Shown: in pieces, positions 26,877 to 36,720 of the stretch
Layout of the letters: the number at the start of each line of letters is the position of its first letter
How positions within the stretch are numbered: the stretch's first letter is position 1
Translations under genes and position numbers: made by a program
Assembly (NCBI GenBank): GCA_943349045.1
Contig: CALQZC010000002.1
Coordinates: 1-52,398, forward strand
Direction of reading: 5' to 3'
Source: Candidatus Peribacteria bacterium
GTDB taxonomy: Bacteria; Patescibacteriota; Gracilibacteria; UBA1369; UBA12463
DNA length: 52,398 nucleotides
The notes under the pieces: model-generated
What the model saw: the letters and a program-made list of their open reading frames with translations, nothing else
The model's database searches: none
Told to the model about the DNA's origin: nothing

Positions 26877-27803
26877 CTACACCTTCCCCAGCACCAAAGC
26901 CAAAAGCGCCATTCTCACCTGAACACCATTCGCGGCCTGACGGAAGTAGGCTGCACCAGGAAGCCCATCCACATCCACGGCGATCTCTCCAACACGTGGC
27001 AATGGATGCATCACGGTAATGCCTGAATGATTTTTTTCCAATAAATCCCGAGACAACACAAACGCCAACTTCAATCGCTCATACTGCTCCTTATCTTCAA
27101 ATCGCTCGCCCTGCACGCGGGTCGCATAGACGACATCAGACTTCTTCAAGCCCTCTTCGAGCGTCAGCACTTCTTCGAATGCCACTCCCCGCCCTCGTAA
27201 ATCATCAAGATAATTCGTCGGCATCTTCAGCTCCTCTGGCGAAGAAAAAATGATCTTCACGTCAAAGTGCCGCAACAACATACAAAGAGAGTGCACCGTT
27301 CGTCCATATTTCAAGTCACCTGACATCATAATCGTCAGTCCATCAATCTTCCCCTTTTCCTTCATCAACGTATACATATCGAGCAGCGCCTGCGTCGGAT
27401 GCTGGCCGGGACCATCGCCCCCATTCAAGACAGGAACATTGGCACCACGAGCCATCTCAGCAGCCGAACCTTCCGTAGGATGACGCACCACGATGACATC
27501 GGCATACGCCTCCACCATCTTCGCCGTATCCCACAAAGACTCCCCTTTTGCCAAAGACGAGTAATCCTGACCGACAGCCGTAATCGTCTGTCCGCCCAGT
27601 CGCTTCATCGCCGTCTCAAAAGAAAATCTCGTTCGTGTCGAAGGTTCATAGAAAAGTGACGCCATCACATTTCCCTTCAAAAGCTCACTCGTCTGACGTT
27701 TTTCGGAAATTGCCTCAAAGGTCCTCGCAACATCACAAATGCGCAGAATATCCTCCTTTGAGAACTGTTCTGTGCTTAAAATGTCTTGGCCTTTGAAATC
27801 CAT
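26877..27803 (-). CDS. pyrB: Aspartate carbamoyltransferase catalytic subunit
   Basis: EPSTRTRFSFE, GQHPTQALLD and VMHPLPRV. I chose ATG 27803 (MDFKGQDILS). Confidence 0.92.
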   Translation of the reverse strand: MDFKGQDILSTEQFSKEDILRICDVARTFEAISEKRQTSELLKGNVMASLFYEPSTRTRFSFETAMKRLGGQTITAVGQDYSSLAKGESLWDTAKMVEAYADVIVVRHPTEGSAAEMARGANVPVLNGGDGPGQHPTQALLDMYTLMKEKGKIDGLTIMMSGDLKYGRTVHSLCMLLRHFDVKIIFSSPEELKMPTNYLDDLRGRGVAFEEVLTLEEGLKKSDVVYATRVQGERFEDKEQYERLKLAFVLSRDLLEKNHSGITVMHPLPRVGEIAVDVDGLPGAAYFRQAANGVQVRMALLALVLGKV

Positions 27804-27820
27804 AGCGGCGATAGTATAAT
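27793..27820 (+). promoter_or_regulatory. carA promoter that would give a leaderless or near-leaderless mRNA
   Basis: TTGAAA (27793-27798, inside the first codons of pyrB), a 16-nt spacer, then TATAAT (27815-27820). The carA ATG at 27829 is only 8 nt after the -10 box. Confidence 0.5.
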
Positions 27821-27828
27821 CCCCCCAA

Positions 27829-28926
27829 ATGACCAAGGCAACTCTCATCCTCGAAGATGGATCGAAATTTGAAGGAATCTCGTTTGGAGCCGAAAAATCA
27901 GCTTTAGGCGAGGTAGTTTTTAATACGGGCATGATGGGCTATCCGGAGACCCTGACCGACCCTTCGTACGAGGCCCAGATCGTGACCTTCACCTTTCCCC
28001 TCATTGGAAACTACGGAGTTCCCGACGATTCAATGAAAGACGGGCTGGAGGTTCACTTCGAGAGTAACCGCATTCACCCAGCTGGCATTATCGTCTCGGA
28101 GTACTCGGAAAAGCACAGCCACTGGGAGGCAACTCGCTCTCTGGGCGATTGGCTAAAAATCAATAACGTTCCGGCCATTACCGGACTCGACACCCGTGCC
28201 ATCACTCAGCACCTCCGCACGAACGGTGCAATGCTTGGAAAAATTCTGGTCGGAAAAGATGCAGGAAAAGTTTCGAGCAGCAAATTTTACGATCCCAACA
28301 AAGACAACCTCGTCGCACAGGTCTGCGTGAAAGAGCCAATGACCTACAAGACCGAGCACGCCAAAGGAAAAGCAAAAACGATCGTCCTTCTCGACTGCGG
28401 CATCAAAAATAACTCGATCCGCAGCTTCCTCGATCGCGGGGCCAATATCATCCGCGTGCCATGGAACTACGACTTCATCAGTAAGGGCATCAAGTGCGAC
28501 GGCCTCTTTCTCAGCAACGGTCCTGGCGACCCAATGCTCATCAAAGAAACGCACGCCATCGTGAAAAAAGCGCTGAAGGCAAAACTCCCAACTTTTGGGA
28601 TCTGTCTGGGAAACCAGCTCATGTCGATCGCCGCCGGAGCCAAGACCTATAAGTTGAAGTTTGGCCATCGCTCCCAGAATCAGCCATGCATGGATCTCGA
28701 CACGAAGCGCTGCTACATCACGACACAGAATCACGGCTTCGCCGTCGACGCCAAAACCCTTCCAAAAAAAGATTGGTCAGTCTGGTTCGAAAACGTCAAC
28801 GACGGCACGGTCGAAGGCGTCAAACACAAAACCCTCCCCTTCTTCGCGGTCCAGTTCCACCCAGAATCCACCCCTGGTCCACTCGACACCGGCTGGATGT
28901 TCGACAAGTTTATTAAGGTCTTATAA
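27829..28926 (+). CDS. carA: Carbamoyl-phosphate synthase small (glutaminase) subunit
   Basis: N-terminus has TG..GY.E.LTDPSY..QI. The GATase triad context is GICLGNQL and QFHPE. No carB follows. Confidence 0.92.
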   Translation: MTKATLILEDGSKFEGISFGAEKSALGEVVFNTGMMGYPETLTDPSYEAQIVTFTFPLIGNYGVPDDSMKDGLEVHFESNRIHPAGIIVSEYSEKHSHWEATRSLGDWLKINNVPAITGLDTRAITQHLRTNGAMLGKILVGKDAGKVSSSKFYDPNKDNLVAQVCVKEPMTYKTEHAKGKAKTIVLLDCGIKNNSIRSFLDRGANIIRVPWNYDFISKGIKCDGLFLSNGPGDPMLIKETHAIVKKALKAKLPTFGICLGNQLMSIAAGAKTYKLKFGHRSQNQPCMDLDTKRCYITTQNHGFAVDAKTLPKKDWSVWFENVNDGTVEGVKHKTLPFFAVQFHPESTPGPLDTGWMFDKFIKVL

Positions 28927-28935
28927 AAGCTCAGA

Positions 28936-31299
28936 ATGTATATAGCACTCGACCTAGAAACCACCGGTTTTGATCCGGTTGCAGATGATCCGATAGAAGT
29001 GGCAGCCATTCGATTTGATGAACATGGCATTTACGAAACATTTCAGACCCTCGTAAATCCTGGCGTGGGGATTCCGCAGATCGTCACGCACATCACCGGA
29101 ATTCATGATGAAGACGTTAAAGATGCCCCAACGCTCGAGTCTGTGAAACAGCAAATTCTCGACTTCATCGGTGACTCACCAATCGTCGGTCACAACATTA
29201 CCTTCGACACCACCTTCCTCAGAAATAAAGGGTTTGATTTGAAAAATGTCGAGTTCGATACGCTTCCGATCACAAGCATCCTCTATCCGAAACTCCCCTC
29301 CTATAGTCTGGAAACTATTTCAGCAGCCTTCGGTATTGCTGAGAAACAAGACCACCGCGCCCTCAGTGACACGATCGCCTCTGCGAAACTGTTTCAGAAA
29401 CTTTTGAAAAAAATTCAGACGCTCTCACCCGAAACACTGAGCGCTCTCCACACAATATTCGAAAAGACGGCACCCCACATGGCAGATCTTTTCAGCGAAG
29501 GAACACCGGGCGGAGCCTATCAGGAAGAATTATTTCTTCAACGAACTAAAAAACCACTTCTCACCAGTTCGCGTCAGGATGAAATTGAAACGACAATTCA
29601 CGCCGCCCTCGAAAAACGTGAGACACTCCTCATCGAGGCAGGTATTGGAAATGGAAAATACACCGCGCTCACCAAGGCAATTCTCAAGCATCATCATCAC
29701 ACAAAAGAAAAAACGTTGATCTCGCTTGCAAGTACCGGACTCCAGGAAGTACTCTTTCAGGAACATGCAGATATCGTTCTCGTGAAGGAAATACATAAAT
29801 ATATTTCTCCGAAGCGCTTCGCGCAGTATTTGGAAAAGCCGAAAAAAACATTCGAAGAGGCGTGCTTCATGGCAAAGATCAACCTCTGGCTCACCTACAC
29901 CGACAACGGCGAACAGGATGAAATATCACTCACCAACGAAGAGTATCGACGCTGGGAAAACATCAACGTCAATCCATGGCAGTGCGATATTGCGAAAGAA
30001 GTCTATCTCCAAAAAGCCTATAAGAAAGAGGAAAACGCCAGTATTCTCGTATGCTACCACCGAGCCCTGGCCAAAGAAGTCATGAGCCCAGTAAACCATC
30101 TGAAGGGTATTCAGAACCTCATCATCTGCGAAGCGCATCTTTTTGAAAAACATATTCTCGCCGCCACATCACGCATCTTCTCTCTCGACTATCTCCGAGA
30201 GCGTTTCGATCTTCCGACGGAGGTAACACAAAAACTCGAGTTCTTCTTTGGCATGCTCAGCATGCTCTTCAGTAAGCACACGACGAATCCCGTCGAAAAT
30301 CTACTCATTCAAAACACGCACCGAAATACCAAAGATTGGGTACAAATCCAGCAACTTTTCACGAGCATCGTTGAGCAACTCAAGGAAATGTTCGATACGA
30401 ATCCAAGTCTTTATGGTGAACTCCTCGAGGAATTAAGTATCATTGAAAATCTTTTCAGCAATGAAGAACAGACCTCTTCAGCCATACTGTTCCAAAACCA
30501 CGAAGAACAGATTCGCCTGCGCTACATGCCAATCGAAAGAATGGATACACTCTGGAACATGGAGTTTTTCAAAGAGCAAACATCACGCATTTTCATGTCT
30601 TCAACCATGCGTGTCGCGAAGTCATTCGATTATATTCGTGATCGACTTCAAATTCCCGAAGAGGCAAAAGAGTGCGTTATCCCAGCCAATCCAGAAATGA
30701 CAAAAAATCTACGCGTCATCATTCCGAGCGCACTTCCCGACCAGGAAAAATCAGATTACATGATGCACGCGAATGCCCTCATGTTGAATATCATCAAAGG
30801 CACACCTGGAAAAACTATCGCCATCTTCGGCTCGAAACGTACGCTGCATCAGGCCTATTACGCCCAGGCAACCAACCTTAAAAACAATGGTATCCAGCTC
30901 CTCAGTCAGGACTTCAGCGGAGGTCGCGGAAAAATCGTCGAAAAATATATCGCCGACGCCAATCATATGGCACTCTTCGGAACCATGAGTTTTCTCGAGA
31001 AACTCGACCTCAACAAGCTCCCATGTGAAAATTTTATCTTTCAAAAACTCCCATTCGATCCACCATTTGATCCCATGATCCAAATGCAGATAAACCGATA
31101 TATGGATCCATTCACCGAGTACGCTCTTCCAGAAACCATCATGCGATTTCTCGGATTTCTCAACCAATTTCTGAAAAACCCACTCTCCCACGATGCTCCA
31201 AAGAACCTCTACATCCTCGACAACCGTCTCCTGAAAAAAAGCTACGGCAAAGCATTTCTCGACTCACTCCCGGAAGGAACGGAGATCGTGCAAGCATAA
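28936..31299 (+). CDS. dinG: DnaQ-type 3'-5' exonuclease fused to a DinG-family helicase-like domain
   Basis: The N-terminus has DEDDh motifs (ALDLETTG, GHNITFD, HRALSD). The helicase part has GIGNGKY in place of the Walker A GKT/S, and CEAH in place of DEAH. Confidence 0.8.
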   Translation: MYIALDLETTGFDPVADDPIEVAAIRFDEHGIYETFQTLVNPGVGIPQIVTHITGIHDEDVKDAPTLESVKQQILDFIGDSPIVGHNITFDTTFLRNKGFDLKNVEFDTLPITSILYPKLPSYSLETISAAFGIAEKQDHRALSDTIASAKLFQKLLKKIQTLSPETLSALHTIFEKTAPHMADLFSEGTPGGAYQEELFLQRTKKPLLTSSRQDEIETTIHAALEKRETLLIEAGIGNGKYTALTKAILKHHHHTKEKTLISLASTGLQEVLFQEHADIVLVKEIHKYISPKRFAQYLEKPKKTFEEACFMAKINLWLTYTDNGEQDEISLTNEEYRRWENINVNPWQCDIAKEVYLQKAYKKEENASILVCYHRALAKEVMSPVNHLKGIQNLIICEAHLFEKHILAATSRIFSLDYLRERFDLPTEVTQKLEFFFGMLSMLFSKHTTNPVENLLIQNTHRNTKDWVQIQQLFTSIVEQLKEMFDTNPSLYGELLEELSIIENLFSNEEQTSSAILFQNHEEQIRLRYMPIERMDTLWNMEFFKEQTSRIFMSSTMRVAKSFDYIRDRLQIPEEAKECVIPANPEMTKNLRVIIPSALPDQEKSDYMMHANALMLNIIKGTPGKTIAIFGSKRTLHQAYYAQATNLKNNGIQLLSQDFSGGRGKIVEKYIADANHMALFGTMSFLEKLDLNKLPCENFIFQKLPFDPPFDPMIQMQINRYMDPFTEYALPETIMRFLGFLNQFLKNPLSHDAPKNLYILDNRLLKKSYGKAFLDSLPEGTEIVQA

Positions 31300-31315
31300 T
31301 TTCAAAAACATACCT

Positions 31316-33292
31316 CTACTTCTCAGCCAGAACTTTATTCAGCGCATCGATTTGATCGCGGATATCTGCGGCTTTTTCGAACTCGAGATTTTCAGAAGCG
31401 AGCTCCATCTGTGACTCGAGCATATGGAGTACGTGAGGAATTTCCTGTTTTGGAACCTTCTTTGGATTGAACTTTTTAGTGTCTTCTTTTTTACGACCCA
31501 TCGCAATATCCTTGATCGCCTTGATAATTGTCTGGGGTGTGATGCCATGCTTCTCATTGTATGCCACCTGGATAGCTCGACGTCGATCTGTCTCCTCGAG
31601 AGCAATTTTCATAGCAGCGGTCATGCGATCAGCGTAGAGCGCGACCGTTCCGTTAATATTTCGAGCAGCACGTCCAATCGTCTGAATAAGTGCCGGTGCC
31701 GATCGCAAGAAGCCCTCTTTATCCGCATCCATAATAGCAATAAACGAAACCTCAGGAAGATCGAGACCCTCTCGAAGCAGGTTAATTCCCACGACAACAT
31801 CGAGAACTCCGAGTCGTAGTTCGCGAAGAATTTCGATACGCTCCATCGTGTCGATATCAGAATGGAGATACTTCACTTTGACACCAGCATCCACTAAGAA
31901 TTCGGTTAAATCCTCAGCTGACCGCTTCGTCAACGTCGTGATCAACGTGCGCTCATTCACTTTGTTTCGCGCCTGAATTTCATTGAGAATATCATCAATC
32001 TGATGTTTCGTTGGACGAACCTCAACAACCGGATCAATAAGCCCAGTTGGACGAATAATGAGTTCCACAATTTTCTCGGGATCATTCTTTACAATGCCCA
32101 TTTCATACTTCGCCGGAGTCGCGGATACATACATCGCCTGATTGATATGCTTCTCAAACTCTTCAAACTTGAGCGGTCGATTATCATGGGCCGATGGGAG
32201 ACGGAAACCATAATCAATGAGTGTCTGTTTTCGAGAATAGTTACCATTATACATACCACCAATCTGCGGAATCGTGATGTGCGACTCATCCACAATCAAC
32301 AAGAAATCATCGGGGAAATAGTCGAGGAGTGTCGCGCACTGAGCACCGGGCTCACGGTTTGCGAGATATCGAGTATAGTTCTCAATACCGCTACAGTATC
32401 CCGTTTCCATGAGAAGTTCGATATCATATTCCGTTCGAGTTTTTGTACGTTCCGCCTCAACAATTTTACCCATCGAGAGGAGCTCCTTATGTCGAATATC
32501 CAAGTCAGCACGAATTCGATCAACAGCGCCCTGAATTTTTTCAGGTGTCGTCACATCATGCTTCGCCGGAAATATCTTGATCGATTTCAAATCCGTAATC
32601 ACCTCACCGGTAATCGCATCCACTTCAGAAATTTTTTCAATCTCGTCACCGAAAAACTCGAGTCGATAGACGGTATCTTTATGTGGTGGGAAAATTTCCA
32701 AACTATCTCCGAGTACATGAAACATGCCCTGCTTGAACTCAAGATCCGAGCGTCGATACTGGATATCCGTGAGATGTCGAAGGAGTTTATCACGCTTTCG
32801 CTCTTCTCCAACCTTCAACTCAATCGCTAATCCATCATAAGAACGCACATCGCCCAAGCCATAAATACACGAAACAGAAGCCACAATAAGCGTATCAGGT
32901 CGCGTCAGTAAATTCACCGTCGCGGCGTGTCGAAACTTTTCAATCTCTTCATTAATCGAAGCATCTTTTTCAATATAGGTATCCGTGGACGGCATATACG
33001 CCTCCGGCTGATAGTAGTCGTAATATGAGACGAAATACGAAACCGCATTATCCGGAAAGAGCTCTTTGAACTCACTACAGAGCTGAGCCGTCAACGTCTT
33101 ATTATGAGCAAGAATCAGGGTCGGTTTCTGCAACTGCTGGATCGCCTGCGCCATCACAAACGTCTTACCCGTGCCCGTCGCACCAAGCAGGACCTGATCG
33201 CGCATACCAGCTTTTGCGTTCTTCACAAGCTTTTCGATGGCCTTTGGCTGATCACCTCGAGGCTCAAATTTTGAAACAAGTTTAAATTCCAT
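31316..33292 (-). CDS. uvrB: Excinuclease ABC subunit B
   Basis: 658 aa with GATGTGKTF, VDESH, a beta-hairpin region and a C-terminal UVR domain (FEKAADIRDQI). Confidence 0.95.
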   Translation of the reverse strand: MEFKLVSKFEPRGDQPKAIEKLVKNAKAGMRDQVLLGATGTGKTFVMAQAIQQLQKPTLILAHNKTLTAQLCSEFKELFPDNAVSYFVSYYDYYQPEAYMPSTDTYIEKDASINEEIEKFRHAATVNLLTRPDTLIVASVSCIYGLGDVRSYDGLAIELKVGEERKRDKLLRHLTDIQYRRSDLEFKQGMFHVLGDSLEIFPPHKDTVYRLEFFGDEIEKISEVDAITGEVITDLKSIKIFPAKHDVTTPEKIQGAVDRIRADLDIRHKELLSMGKIVEAERTKTRTEYDIELLMETGYCSGIENYTRYLANREPGAQCATLLDYFPDDFLLIVDESHITIPQIGGMYNGNYSRKQTLIDYGFRLPSAHDNRPLKFEEFEKHINQAMYVSATPAKYEMGIVKNDPEKIVELIIRPTGLIDPVVEVRPTKHQIDDILNEIQARNKVNERTLITTLTKRSAEDLTEFLVDAGVKVKYLHSDIDTMERIEILRELRLGVLDVVVGINLLREGLDLPEVSFIAIMDADKEGFLRSAPALIQTIGRAARNINGTVALYADRMTAAMKIALEETDRRRAIQVAYNEKHGITPQTIIKAIKDIAMGRKKEDTKKFNPKKVPKQEIPHVLHMLESQMELASENLEFEKAADIRDQIDALNKVLAEK

Positions 33293-33340
33293 GACGACTT
33301 AGTGTACATCGTCATATCAGGAAAATCAAGAAGAGCTCGT

Positions 33341-33772
33341 CTAATTCATGTTTTCTGAAGCCATTCTTTTCCAGATATATTGGAAAAACTGAACCATAGC
33401 GACCGTTATCCGAGGATTCTGAACCAGAGAAGGTGCCGCTTGAGCGGAAAATTCATCGAAACTCATATCATGAGAGTCCGGAAATGGCCCAGGAAAGAGA
33501 AGATCACTCTTGAATTGAAGAGCAATATTATTACAAAGATCAGCCCAAACATACACTGGGTGAGGGTGAGAAAAGTCCTCTACGATAGCCGCTAACTCTT
33601 CGAGAGAAAACTTTTGTGCTATTTCGAGCTCCGAACGACTCATGTCACGAATAAGCTCAAACGCCCGAATAAGCTCAGGAGAAGGCGCTTTATGAAGCTT
33701 TGAGAGAGGGCCTGTATAAAGAGGTGCGCCCTGAGGAGCACGAGGAGAACCACCATCTGCAGCCATATGCAC
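33341..33772 (-). CDS. Hypothetical protein (orphan, 143 aa)
   Basis: ORF only. I recognise no motif. Confidence 0.4.
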   Translation of the reverse strand: MHMAADGGSPRAPQGAPLYTGPLSKLHKAPSPELIRAFELIRDMSRSELEIAQKFSLEELAAIVEDFSHPHPVYVWADLCNNIALQFKSDLLFPGPFPDSHDMSFDEFSAQAAPSLVQNPRITVAMVQFFQYIWKRMASENMN

Positions 33773-33852
33773 AAAAATAACAGAATAAAGGGAAATGTGT
33801 CCGTAGCTTTATATCAGGAAAAACAGGAATAATCAAGCATGAGAATGAAAAA

Positions 33853-36066
33853 CTACCTCCCTATCGCCGGCATGACGACGGTATAGACGTTGCTCGCGTT
33901 CCAGAAAACGAAGCCGTCCCCTTGTGCATCCCGAGCGGCACGAATCTGCTGATACATGTAGTCGCTATTGTATGGGATGGTCACCCGATAGGTGAAACCC
34001 TGTAGCCACGGACGGATGGTCGTCTCAGTTCCACGAGCATACTTCACGAAATTATCATTCGTCTCTTTATTGAAATAGTAAGGCTCATCAGCGGGGTTAT
34101 TGTGTCCACCAAATCCCGGACCAAAATGGGAAGGATATCCCATCGGATAGATCGTATCAAGATACGGCGCGATACATTCAATCCTCTGACCAAGCGTCTT
34201 ATAGTTCGGAGCGGGCTGCCAGCCAACGATGCCAAATACATCCGCACTCAATTTCACACCCATCGGAAATGTCTGTCGCCGAGCCTCTTTCAAGAAATCA
34301 CGGATCACCTCCCACTTCTGTTTTTTCGCCGGATCATACTTGAATCTCGCCGCACCAATATTTCCCTCCGTTGGAAATCGTACGTAATCAAATTGCACCT
34401 CGTCAACTCCCATTGCAGCGGCCTCCTTGGCCATATCGATGGCATACTGCACGACATCAGGATTCGAAGGATCGAGCCACACATAACCAGCCCGATCACG
34501 CCACACGCCCCCTCCCGCATTCTGAATCGCCATATCAGGCCGAACCCGAGCAATCTTCTTTTCTTTAAACGCCACCACACGTGCCACCACAAATATATTC
34601 TTTGATTTCAAGTACTCAATAAACGGCTTCATATCTCGCAACACCGAGTTCTCCCCGCCAGCCTTATACTTCAACGCCCCATCGGATTCATCGAGATCAA
34701 AGACGACCATATTCCCACCCGAAGCGATCAATTTCTCAACGAGCACTTTGCCATTATTACCAAGCGCCGTGGAGGCGGTAATATAAATGCCCCGAAAAAA
34801 CGACACACCACTGGCCGAATCGACCATCGACTTCAAAAACTTCGGCCCTTCCGTAAAATATTTCCAGCTAAACTGAAGATGCTCAGGAAGCATCGCCCCA
34901 TCCCGTTTATAGGAAATATAGGTATCAGCATCGGGATCCTTACAAGCATCATACGGATACACCTCCCGCGGTTTTTTCATCGGAACCACCTCCATTTTCT
35001 TCTCGATCTTTTGAACTTTCTCTTCAATTTTCTCTTCAACTTTCTCCACGCTCGCCGCAACCTGCTCAACTTTTTCCAACATCACACCATCCCACACCTT
35101 CGCCACAACACCAGCACGCAAACGATCCTTCACCAAAATTTTCTCATCGGCAACCGCTGCAACCGCAACCACATCCGGATTTCCATCGCTCACATACGGA
35201 GCAAAAATTTCACTTCCCAATTTTTTCCCCGTCTCACCCTTCTTCCTTTTGAACCATCGACTCCACTCATCATCAATCGCCTGGATTCTCGGAACTCGCA
35301 TCGCGTCAAACTTCGCATGATACGGCGACCACGAAGGCTCCGCACCCACCAGCAAACCAAGTCTGAATTTTTTCTTCATCACCTCATATCCAGCACCCTT
35401 CGGCACTCCGCCAAACGGATAGGCGATGCTATCAAGAGTATGTGAACCAAGATCAAATTTCTTCAGATAATCCTCAAGCTGCTGGACTTTTCCAGCAACC
35501 GCCGCAGGAGCAATCAACGACAGATTCGAGTGATCAATCGTATGATTTCCGAGCTCACGACCCGTCTTCAAAAGATACTTCAGCGCCTCGCCCGTCTTCT
35601 CCGTCAGCTTAAAAGGATTCTGATTCACATAAAAAATCGCCGCCGACCCAAAGTCGGGATACTCCACGAGAAACTGATCCATAATGCCAACGGCCGTATA
35701 CGGATCAACCTTCCCATCTTTCATCAAGAGTTGCGTATACCCACCATCATCAAATGTAAACACGACCGGCTTTTTCCCAAACGGAACCCGAATCGTCTGA
35801 TTCAAAAAGTCCTGCGTTGAGATCGCCCGATAATCGTTATTATAGAGCCACTCAAGATCCTTCCGAAACTGCTCAAACGAGCGCGTCCATCGATCTTCTT
35901 TCGGCCCAACTTGGTGGTACTCCAAAAAAGGAATCCGTCCCATCTCGTTCGGGGTAAGGGCTACGGGCGACACAACAGGTGCGGATTTCACCGCAGCCAC
36001 CGCCACCGGAATCATAGAAAAAAGAACACTGCACACCATCACCGAAGAAAGAAGTCGTTTGATCAT
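33853..36066 (-). CDS. Secreted CE4 polysaccharide deacetylase fused to a TIM-barrel glycoside-hydrolase-like (DUF4015-type) domain
   Basis: Signal peptide, NodB motifs FTFDDGG and GNHTIDH, a charged linker (EKVEEKIEEKVQKIEKK), then GGNMVVFDLDESDG...VDEVQFDYVRFP. Confidence 0.75.
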   Translation of the reverse strand: MIKRLLSSVMVCSVLFSMIPVAVAAVKSAPVVSPVALTPNEMGRIPFLEYHQVGPKEDRWTRSFEQFRKDLEWLYNNDYRAISTQDFLNQTIRVPFGKKPVVFTFDDGGYTQLLMKDGKVDPYTAVGIMDQFLVEYPDFGSAAIFYVNQNPFKLTEKTGEALKYLLKTGRELGNHTIDHSNLSLIAPAAVAGKVQQLEDYLKKFDLGSHTLDSIAYPFGGVPKGAGYEVMKKKFRLGLLVGAEPSWSPYHAKFDAMRVPRIQAIDDEWSRWFKRKKGETGKKLGSEIFAPYVSDGNPDVVAVAAVADEKILVKDRLRAGVVAKVWDGVMLEKVEQVAASVEKVEEKIEEKVQKIEKKMEVVPMKKPREVYPYDACKDPDADTYISYKRDGAMLPEHLQFSWKYFTEGPKFLKSMVDSASGVSFFRGIYITASTALGNNGKVLVEKLIASGGNMVVFDLDESDGALKYKAGGENSVLRDMKPFIEYLKSKNIFVVARVVAFKEKKIARVRPDMAIQNAGGGVWRDRAGYVWLDPSNPDVVQYAIDMAKEAAAMGVDEVQFDYVRFPTEGNIGAARFKYDPAKKQKWEVIRDFLKEARRQTFPMGVKLSADVFGIVGWQPAPNYKTLGQRIECIAPYLDTIYPMGYPSHFGPGFGGHNNPADEPYYFNKETNDNFVKYARGTETTIRPWLQGFTYRVTIPYNSDYMYQQIRAARDAQGDGFVFWNASNVYTVVMPAIGR

Positions 36067-36166
36067 ATCGCCATACTAACAAACATCGATTTTGATGCAA
36101 TCCAAAGCAAGAAAACCGTCTCTATTAGATTGCAAAAACACTCAAAATACGGTATAATTCCAGTAT

Positions 36167-36718
36167 ATGTTATCGTCTCACACTCAACAGTCCGAAAGCC
36201 CCGAAAGCATTGAAACAATGCTTGGGATTATACAACAGAAAGAACCGGAACGATGGATCGCAAGATTTTTCAATAATTTCCAACACGAACTACCAGGTGG
36301 ATATGTACGAGATGCGCAAGATATGGATCAGTTGACACAGGAGCGCCACGCGAGCAACTTTAAAAAAACATTATCATGCGGGGAATTCTACAGCCACATC
36401 GATCAAGCACTTGAAAAATACCACGTTGATGTAGGAAGAGTGCGTCAATTATTTGACATGATCAGGCAATCACCAAAATCAAAGCATCCAGAAATACAGG
36501 CCGAAATAGATGCCACAAAAAAACTTATTGCGTCAATGAGAGCAATGGGATTGAGTGACAAAGAAATTTCCGAGATCTACATTATTCCTCCAAGCGAAGA
36601 AGAACATCAGGAAAGAGTCGCCGAACTCTGGAAGATACTTGGTCCAGTCTATACAGACCTTCGGGCACTGGGTTACTCTCACTACGATCTGACCGGCATC
36701 ATGCCAAACCAAGTCTAA
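36167..36718 (+). CDS. Hypothetical protein (orphan, 183 aa)
   Basis: ORF only. I recognise no motif. Confidence 0.4.
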   Translation: MLSSHTQQSESPESIETMLGIIQQKEPERWIARFFNNFQHELPGGYVRDAQDMDQLTQERHASNFKKTLSCGEFYSHIDQALEKYHVDVGRVRQLFDMIRQSPKSKHPEIQAEIDATKKLIASMRAMGLSDKEISEIYIIPPSEEEHQERVAELWKILGPVYTDLRALGYSHYDLTGIMPNQV

Positions 36719-36720
36719 AG

